Assembly (NCBI GenBank): GCA_025449795.1
Contig: JANWIQ010000053.1
Location: 1-37,457 of the forward strand
DNA from: Minisyncoccota bacterium
GTDB taxonomy: Bacteria; Patescibacteriota; Microgenomatia; Levybacterales; UBA12049
Direction of reading: 5' to 3'
DNA length: 37,457 nucleotides
This document shows, in pieces, positions 32,128 to 37,457 of the stretch. Under the pieces are notes generated by a model that was given only the letters and a program-made list of their open reading frames with translations, was not told the origin of the DNA and ran no database searches. A program made the position numbers and the translations under genes. The first letter of the stretch is position 1. Every line of letters starts with the position of its first letter.

Positions 32128-33081
32128 ATGAGACTGCCTTCTGCGATATATTTTTTAATTCTTTTTTTGTTGGTAGTACTGGGCTGTTTTGTTGCATGGC
32201 TTGTGCAACCTTTTTCTTCCCCTGCAATTACCAAAGTCTCATCCCCACTCCCCGATGCGATGACAAGGTTTGTGAATGGGCAGGTAACAAGCCTTGATGT
32301 GTGGTTTCCCAATCCCTCATCCAACACCAAGGCTTTTCGATTGAGCGCAAAATCTGCTTTTTCTTATGACCTTACCACAAATACGGTTCTTTTTGCCAAA
32401 AATCCTTCACAACAGCTTCCGATGGCATCTATTACCAAAATCATGACTGCGATTGTTGCGCTGGAGCACCCGCAGCAAAGCTATGGGGTAACGCAACAAG
32501 ATCTTGTTGGGGAAGATAGTATGGGACTTGCTGTAGGGGAAAAACTTACGCTTTCCGAGCTTTTGTACGGTCTCATACTCCACTCAGGGAATGATGCAGC
32601 AGAGACACTTGCTTCCAATTTCCCCGGTGGGAGAGATGCTTTTATTGTCGCAATGAATGAAAAGGCATTATCTTTGGGGCTATCCCATACGCACTTTACC
32701 AATCCGACAGGTCTTGAAGGAGATGGCAAGCAGTATACAACTGCAGCAGATCTTATTGTCATAACGCGCTACGGGCTTGTGCACTTCCCTCTTTTTGCAA
32801 CTGTTGTTGCAACCTTTGATTACACCATTCCCGCAACCAGTACTCACGCCGCATATTATTTAGAGAATGAGACCAATCTTCTCACAAGCTACCCTGGAGT
32901 AAAAGGCGTGAAGACAGGGTACACCCCAGAGGCAGGACTGTGTCTGGTTACTTATTTAGAGTATGGCGGTCACCAGGTGCTTGCGGTTGTTTTGGGAAGT
33001 GACAATCGAAGAGGGGAAATGATAGATATTCTTGATTATTCACTGGAGCGTTTAGGGATTACTCCGCCCACTCATGGATAG
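32128..33081 (+). CDS. D-alanyl-D-alanine carboxypeptidase (peptidase S11, PBP5/6-like), membrane anchored
   Basis: 317 aa. N-terminal TM. SxxK (ASITKIM), SxN (HSGND) and KTG (VKTGYT) motifs. Confidence 0.88.
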   Translation: MRLPSAIYFLILFLLVVLGCFVAWLVQPFSSPAITKVSSPLPDAMTRFVNGQVTSLDVWFPNPSSNTKAFRLSAKSAFSYDLTTNTVLFAKNPSQQLPMASITKIMTAIVALEHPQQSYGVTQQDLVGEDSMGLAVGEKLTLSELLYGLILHSGNDAAETLASNFPGGRDAFIVAMNEKALSLGLSHTHFTNPTGLEGDGKQYTTAADLIVITRYGLVHFPLFATVVATFDYTIPATSTHAAYYLENETNLLTSYPGVKGVKTGYTPEAGLCLVTYLEYGGHQVLAVVLGSDNRRGEMIDILDYSLERLGITPPTHG

Positions 33082-33754
33082 TGTGGACAAACAGGAGCGT
33101 GCCCTTTTTAAATGAAACAGTTGCGCGAGCTGTAGTGAGCACATTGCTTACGCCGCGAGGTTTTCCAAATACGAATGTATCATTGGTAAGTGGATAATAG
33201 AGTCCGGTACTGGTTATTCCCTCTACTTTTTGGCTGAGGGGAATAAGGGAAAGCGTGTCTCCTTTCTCACCGGAAATTACCTGCTTGGTTGGTCCTTTTC
33301 CCACCCATGCGATTTGGTTGACAGAAAGAAATTGCATTGGAATTGGGTACATTGTTGCAAGCAGGATGTTTGCAATAATATGATCCAGCCTGTTGCCCGC
33401 TATGCCACCCAAAATGGTAATTTTTGTGGCGCCATGCTGCAGGGCATATGCAATCGCAAGCTCTGTATCTGTTTGGTCTTTTTCGGATGGAGTGGGCGGC
33501 CTTGTTTTTCCAAAAGGCACAGAGACTAGTGTTGTTGGCATGTTGGAAAATATACTTCCATGTTGTTGTAAAAGTTTTTGTGTCTTTTGTGAAAGCGAGT
33601 CCATGTCCCCCACCACGACAGAGGGAAAAATATTTTGTAGTACTGCAGTATCTGCGCCGCTATCTGCGGCAATTATGGTATCTGCTTCTTGCAGTATTTT
33701 TTGGAAAAGAGGATGCGGGTTGAATTGACCTCCGGTGAAAATGACGTAATGCAT
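33059..33754 (-). CDS. Thiamine pyrophosphokinase
   Basis: 231 aa. IIAADSGAD, VVGDMDS, KDQTDTELA and GGIAGNRLDH catalytic-domain motifs plus a C-terminal B1-binding beta domain. Its 3' end overlaps the convergent carboxypeptidase gene by 23 nt. Confidence 0.85.
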   Translation of the reverse strand: MHYVIFTGGQFNPHPLFQKILQEADTIIAADSGADTAVLQNIFPSVVVGDMDSLSQKTQKLLQQHGSIFSNMPTTLVSVPFGKTRPPTPSEKDQTDTELAIAYALQHGATKITILGGIAGNRLDHIIANILLATMYPIPMQFLSVNQIAWVGKGPTKQVISGEKGDTLSLIPLSQKVEGITSTGLYYPLTNDTFVFGKPRGVSNVLTTARATVSFKKGTLLFVHTIHEWAE

Positions 33755-33930
33755 AAAACTATTCTCATGTAGTATACTCCTTAGGTCTTCTGCTATTCAG
33801 TTTGTGTTTGCTCACTCAATTCATAGATTGGTTCTGTTTTGGGTGTAGCGATGCCTTCCTTTAAATGGACTGCAACTGCCATGAATTTATCCCTATGGTA
33901 GTAGAGTCAGCGTATCATAAAGCTTTCTTT

Positions 33931-34293
33931 TTACTTTCCCAGGAAAGCTATGGATTCTAAGTATACTTGTAAATTTTTTCTTTGGGTTTGGGATAAGGTA
34001 GATACTATGTCTTTGATATAATCTTGGAATAACTCGCTAGAGGCGGTTTGCAATGCCTCTTCTGTTTGCGTTTTACCAAAATTTGAGTATAAAATTTGCT
34101 GAATTTCTTCCGGGCTAGAGGTTAAAAGCTGTCTTGTGAGAATTGTCCTTTTTTGTTCTTCTAAGGGAGATACGAGTAGAATTATTGTTTTTTTATAACA
34201 AAAGATCAAAAATTGGTTTATAAATTTTTCCTTGCTTGGTCCATAGTCAATAATTTCTAAAATAGAATACAGGATATCTGTTGGTGAAAGCAT
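33931..34293 (-). CDS. Hypothetical protein (120 aa), AT-rich gene
   Basis: Only sizeable ORF at the locus. Predicted helical, with no motif recognised. Confidence 0.45.
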   Translation of the reverse strand: MLSPTDILYSILEIIDYGPSKEKFINQFLIFCYKKTIILLVSPLEEQKRTILTRQLLTSSPEEIQQILYSNFGKTQTEEALQTASSELFQDYIKDIVSTLSQTQRKNLQVYLESIAFLGK

Positions 34294-34332
34294 AGATTAA
34301 TTTTATTAGAATATGCAAGTAACAAAAACGTT

Positions 34333-34710
34333 CTATTCAATACCTCTAGCTCTATTCCACATTACTGCTAATATCTTAGCTGGGGGGTATGAAAGACCGA
34401 CTATCAAAGCTGCTATGCCTCCGAATGCCATTCCCGCAAAAACTGTTGCACCGAACCACCCAACGAATACTAAAGAAGCTCTATCAAAATCTCTACGTTC
34501 CTGTTCGAAATCTGGACTTTTACGTTGAATGGTCATGGTCCAGCTGGCAAGAAAATCAAGTGTTTTGACAATTTGACCACCGGCTCTTTCGAGCCATCTA
34601 TCTGATCTTTCTCTTGGAGTTTCTGTCTCCAGTTCAGGCCTAGGAGCAGGATTATCTGGGTTTCCTGACATATTAGCGACAACTTTATCACCGAAAGATT
34701 GTTCTGTCAA
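34333..34710 (-). CDS. Hypothetical small membrane protein with a C-terminal glycine-zipper helix
   Basis: 125 aa from a TTG start (an internal ATG gives MSGNPDNP). C-terminal LVFVGWFGATVFAGMAFGGIAALIVGL. Confidence 0.45.
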   Translation of the reverse strand: MTEQSFGDKVVANMSGNPDNPAPRPELETETPRERSDRWLERAGGQIVKTLDFLASWTMTIQRKSPDFEQERRDFDRASLVFVGWFGATVFAGMAFGGIAALIVGLSYPPAKILAVMWNRARGIE

Positions 34711-34788
34711 GGCAATGGAAATTGGCGCTGCTAGAATCCCATTTTGGGAGGCTAAATTTGTCGGGGAAAGAGGACTTAAGCAAAAATT

Positions 34789-35139
34789 TTAGGTAATGTT
34801 TCTTATTTCATAGTGAGTTTTTGAGTGACAATTTTTACAAAGCACAATACATTTAGCTATTTCTTTTTGAATACTTTTTATTGCATACCCTTCACTTATC
34901 ATATTTCCTATAGTTCCCTCTTTTTGAGAAGGATTCAGATGGTGAAAATCTAAGCAAGCAGGATGATTTTCATTGCAATTAATGCAAAACAAATGTGATT
35001 TATACTCTTTAAGCCATGAAGATAGTTTTTCTCTTCGTAACTGTTTATCTTTACGATGTTTAACCTTTCTTTTTCCCCAGGTTCTTAGATGGTACTCTTT
35101 GTAGTAAATTTTAGCTTTCGTTTTATCAAGATAGGGCAT
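34789..35139 (-). CDS. HNH endonuclease
   Basis: ATG at 35139 (a TTG alternative lies at 35175). CINCNENHPACLDFHHLNP...IVLCKNCHSKTH is a Cys4 zinc-finger HNH motif. Confidence 0.8.
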   Translation of the reverse strand: MPYLDKTKAKIYYKEYHLRTWGKRKVKHRKDKQLRREKLSSWLKEYKSHLFCINCNENHPACLDFHHLNPSQKEGTIGNMISEGYAIKSIQKEIAKCIVLCKNCHSKTHYEIRNIT

Positions 35140-35351
35140 GAACCAAGTATAAGTGGGTTCAATCCTTCTTGTCAATTTATTAGTAGAGATTGCTCGAGTC
35201 TTGCTCCATGTGTTAATTTAAGGTAAAATATGCTGTACGTCGCGATGGTGTATGTGCCGCTACGAAGTAGCAAATCCCTTTAGGGAGTATACACGCGAAG
35301 CGGTAGGGTTTATTAAAAATCGAAAAGAAAATAAATTAATGTAGAATATAT

Positions 35352-35435
35352 GCCGCGGTGGTGAAATGGTATACACGGAGGCCTTAAGAGCCTTTGTCCT
35401 TATACGACGTGCGAGTTCGAGTCTCGCCCGCGGCA
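35352..35435 (+). tRNA. tRNA-Leu (anticodon UAA), class II long variable arm; no encoded CCA
   Basis: Hand-folded. Acceptor GCCGCGG/CCGCGGC, D stem GUG/CAC, anticodon arm GAGGC-CUUAAGA-GCCUU, T arm GCGAG-UUCGAGU-CUCGC, discriminator A. Confidence 0.9.
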
Positions 35436-35458
35436 CACACCTGGTAAAATATATACAA

Positions 35459-35532
35459 CGGGGATTAGCTCAGTTGGCTAGAGCGCGCGGTTTGGGACCG
35501 TGAGGTCGGAAGTTCGAGTCTTCTATCCCCGA
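35459..35532 (+). tRNA. tRNA-Pro (anticodon UGG); no encoded CCA
   Basis: Acceptor CGGGGAU/AUCCCCG, D arm GCUC-AGUUGGCUA-GAGC, anticodon arm CGCGG-UUUGGGA-CCGUG, T arm GGAAG-UUCGAGU-CUUCU. Confidence 0.9.
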
Positions 35533-35537
35533 CACAT

Positions 35538-35612
35538 GCGGGTTTAGCTCAGTGGTAGAGCATCTGCTTTCCAAGCAGAGTGTCGTGGGTTCGAGTCCCA
35601 TAACCCGCTCCA
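35538..35612 (+). tRNA. tRNA-Gly (anticodon UCC) with encoded CCA
   Basis: Acceptor GCGGGUU/AACCCGC, anticodon arm UCUGC-UUUCCAA-GCAGA, T arm GUGGG-UUCGAGU-CCCAU, discriminator U, then CCA. Confidence 0.9.
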
Positions 35613-35614
35613 CT

Positions 35615-35687
35615 GCTCCCATAGCTCAGTGGATAGAGCATTTCGGTTCTAACGAAGTGGTCGGGGGTTCGAATCCCTCTGGGAGCG
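35615..35687 (+). tRNA. tRNA-Arg (anticodon UCU); no encoded CCA
   Basis: Acceptor GCUCCCA/UGGGAGC, D arm GCUC-AGUGGAUA-GAGC, anticodon arm UUUCG-GUUCUAA-CGAAG, T arm GGGGG-UUCGAAU-CCCUC, discriminator G. Confidence 0.88.
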
Positions 35688-35690
35688 CAG

Positions 35691-35733
35691 AAACTTTTTT
35701 AAGGCTTTTTGTCTTAAAAAAGTTTTTTGATTT
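35691..35733 (+). terminator. Rho-independent terminator of the tRNA cluster
   Basis: Perfect 13-bp stem AAACUUUUUUAAG / CUUAAAAAAGUUU with a 9-nt loop, followed by UUUGAUUUU. Confidence 0.7.
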
Positions 35734-35758
35734 TCAATAGGATTCGAACTGCCGGACG

Positions 35759-35830
35759 AACGAAGTGAGGAGGCGGGCTCGCGAGGCCGAGCTGAAATCG
35801 AGGAACTTGTGAGGAGAATCCCTCTGGAGA
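35759..35830 (+). pseudogene. Degenerate duplicate of the tRNA-Arg 3' half, interrupted by about 48 nt
   Basis: AACGAAGTG (35759-35767) and GAATCCCTCTGG (35816-35827) are identical to, and collinear with, tRNA-Arg 35651-35659 and 35671-35682. No 5' half is present and it does not fold as a tRNA. Confidence 0.4.
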
Positions 35831-35940
35831 ATTTTTTCTAATTTTTAGAATTATCCGAACCTGAAACCCAGTCCACGCTGTTTAAACTCTAAGCATTCCA
35901 TAGTTGAAATATCCTTTATTATAGGATATAATACCTGCTT

Positions 35941-37002
35941 ATGAGGATGCTTATTACCGGTGGAACCGGATTTGTGGGCACAAACTGTGTAGATTTTATG
36001 CTCCGAAAATATAAAGATCTTACTATCACAGTTGTAGACAATGGAGATGCTTCAACCAATAGACATAATAAGGATTATTTATTAGCTACGTATCCAGATC
36101 GATGTATCGTATATCATGTGGATGTTCGAGATAGACAAGCATTGGAAGAAGTATTTCGAGATCAGAAGCGCTTTGACACGGTTATTCATCTGGCTGCAGT
36201 TGGGTCAAATTGGCACGCACTAGATAATCCCAAATTTGCTTTTGAAACAAATATTCAAGGAACAATAAATGTATTTGATTTAGCCCAACAGTATGGAGTA
36301 GACAAATTTTGCAATAATTCAACAACAGAAACATATGGGCCGCGTCATCCCAGTTCAACATTCTTTACAGAAGAGTCTCCCCTACAACCGAGAACTCCCT
36401 ACAATATATCTAAAGCAGAGGCAGATAAATATATCCTGGAGCATATGAATGATACAATGCGCACGTTTATAACAAGGTCATCTAATATCTATGGGGAAAG
36501 ACAACACCCTCATGCTGTCATTGCATCTATGATTCGAAGTTGCCTTCTTGGAAAACCAATTAAAATAACTGGAGATGGAAATCAATCAAGAGAATTTACA
36601 CATGTGATGGATGTATGTAGTGCTTTTGATACAATTTTGCACAAAGGTCAACCAGGAATTTATAATATCGGTAGTGGCGAAAATGTGTCTATTAATCGTC
36701 TTGCAGAAATAATTCAAGGCCATTTTGATAGAGAAGAGGACTTAAGAATATATGGTAATCAAAGACCGTATGATGATCGCCAGTATGGACTGAATCATAC
36801 CAAGCTAGGCGGTTTAGGTTGGAAACCAACAGTAGAGCTTGAAGGAGGACTTAGAAGAACCGTTGAGTGGTATAAAAGTATTAGGGGTGAATTGGATTTT
36901 GAAATAATTGAAAGTTCATTTGGTGAAGTACAGCAACGAGTTTTGATGAAACAAAATTTATTTAATACAGATTCTGTTCATCCTTCCCTGAGTAGGGCAT
37001 GA
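35941..37002 (+). CDS. NAD-dependent epimerase/dehydratase (extended SDR; dTDP-glucose 4,6-dehydratase-like)
   Basis: 353 aa. Rossmann motif ITGGTGFVGTN and catalytic YNISKAEADKY (YxxxK). Typical RfbB/GalE-family layout. Confidence 0.88.
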   Translation: MRMLITGGTGFVGTNCVDFMLRKYKDLTITVVDNGDASTNRHNKDYLLATYPDRCIVYHVDVRDRQALEEVFRDQKRFDTVIHLAAVGSNWHALDNPKFAFETNIQGTINVFDLAQQYGVDKFCNNSTTETYGPRHPSSTFFTEESPLQPRTPYNISKAEADKYILEHMNDTMRTFITRSSNIYGERQHPHAVIASMIRSCLLGKPIKITGDGNQSREFTHVMDVCSAFDTILHKGQPGIYNIGSGENVSINRLAEIIQGHFDREEDLRIYGNQRPYDDRQYGLNHTKLGGLGWKPTVELEGGLRRTVEWYKSIRGELDFEIIESSFGEVQQRVLMKQNLFNTDSVHPSLSRA

Positions 37003-37076
37003 CGTATATATTTGTAATTTTCAAATTTTGGTTTCTTTATCCACCACTGTCTTTATTAATTTTCCAAAAATCACTC

Positions 37077-37457
37077 TCATGCTGCTTGAGGTAACGTTTG
37101 CTGTTGATTTGATCTCCCTAAACTTTCGTCAATTTTAGGAAGGTTTTTTAACAGTGCGTCCGTTACTGCTTGCACAGAGTGACTTTTTTGAATAAGATCT
37201 CTATATCGATCAATTTTTCCCAATGCTAATGCGCTTTCAAAACCCTCTGCTAATGGCCTATCCTCGGGAACTAAGCAACCTATTTCTCCACCCATCTTTC
37301 GAAATTCCTTAATAGTGTCACCTGGCCCCTGTACATCATATGCTAAAGTAGGAATTCCTGATGCTGCCGCTTCCAAGACTACTAATCCTAGGGTGTCCGT
37401 TTTGCAAGGGTATACATGGAGGTTTAAAGAGCGTACGTATTGAGCCAATTCCTCGCC
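37077..37457 (-). CDS. Glycosyltransferase family 1 (GT-B), C-terminal part; 5' end lies outside the window
   Basis: VYPCKTDTLGLVVLEAAASGIPTLAYDVQGPGDTI is the GT1 C-terminal nucleotide-sugar-binding block. The frame is open to the window edge. Confidence 0.8.
   Translation of the reverse strand, partial: GEELAQYVRSLNLHVYPCKTDTLGLVVLEAAASGIPTLAYDVQGPGDTIKEFRKMGGEIGCLVPEDRPLAEGFESALALGKIDRYRDLIQKSHSVQAVTDALLKNLPKIDESLGRSNQQQTLPQAA

Noticed and set aside
35552-35740. 62-aa ORF across the tRNA-Gly/tRNA-Arg genes.
   Set aside because: It lies entirely within hand-folded canonical tRNAs and their terminator.
1-37457. CRISPR arrays, rRNA genes, alternative genetic code (UGA recoding), and tmRNA/RNase P/SRP RNA.
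   Set aside because: No regularly spaced direct repeats were seen. No rRNA-like or other conserved ncRNA core motifs were recognised. TGA terminates conserved genes at the expected ends, for example the HK at 25128-25130 and the Y1 transposase at 32057-32059.

Overview
This is a 37.5-kb bacterial chromosomal window with low-to-moderate GC that looks mosaic by eye. Genes are tightly packed, with several 4-nt start/stop overlaps. The genetic code is standard: TGA ends conserved genes at the expected C-termini. The gene content includes a short Obg, CoaBC, thiamine pyrophosphokinase, a PBP5-type carboxypeptidase, a 4-tRNA cluster and many orphan hypotheticals. That would fit a reduced-genome uncultivated lineage (CPR/Patescibacteria-like), but this is inference only. 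Blocks in order: (1) a DHFR-family gene end, then an AT-rich ArsR-headed operon (FNR-like reductase, pterin-4a-carbinolamine dehydratase, CDP-alcohol phosphatidyltransferase). (2) A junction of two gene fragments (nitrilase C-terminus, histidine-kinase C-terminus). (3) A lone PurD-like ATP-grasp gene and two VOC/glyoxalase genes. (4) A lower-GC trio of large uncharacterised proteins: protein-kinase-like, nucleotidyltransferase-like, and a HAD-like protein carrying a CDP-alcohol-transferase signature. (5) A MarR-MFP-MFP-MFS(DHA2) efflux operon. (6) A PfkB kinase, a gluconokinase-like kinase and coaBC. (7) An OmpR-type RR/HK plus a MacA/MacB-type ABC efflux operon. (8) A soluble GAF histidine kinase translationally coupled to a P-loop protein, then acyltransferase-3, a YflT-like stress protein, an orphan receiver and an untracked KGG-repeat small ORF. 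(9) GDPD and obg. (10) An IS200-like/RAYT Y1 transposase flanked by inverted hairpin repeats. (11) A D-Ala-D-Ala carboxypeptidase and thiamine pyrophosphokinase. (12) An AT-rich islet with an HNH endonuclease, tRNA-Leu/Pro/Gly/Arg and a degenerate duplicate of the tRNA-Arg 3' half. (13) A sugar-nucleotide dehydratase and a GT1 glycosyltransferase end. The most notable unexplained signal is a family of 94-114 nt rod-like structured elements. Two copies are about 94% identical and one is divergent. Each lies in gene orientation 8-10 nt upstream of the start codon of an efflux-pump gene. No CRISPR array or rRNA was seen.
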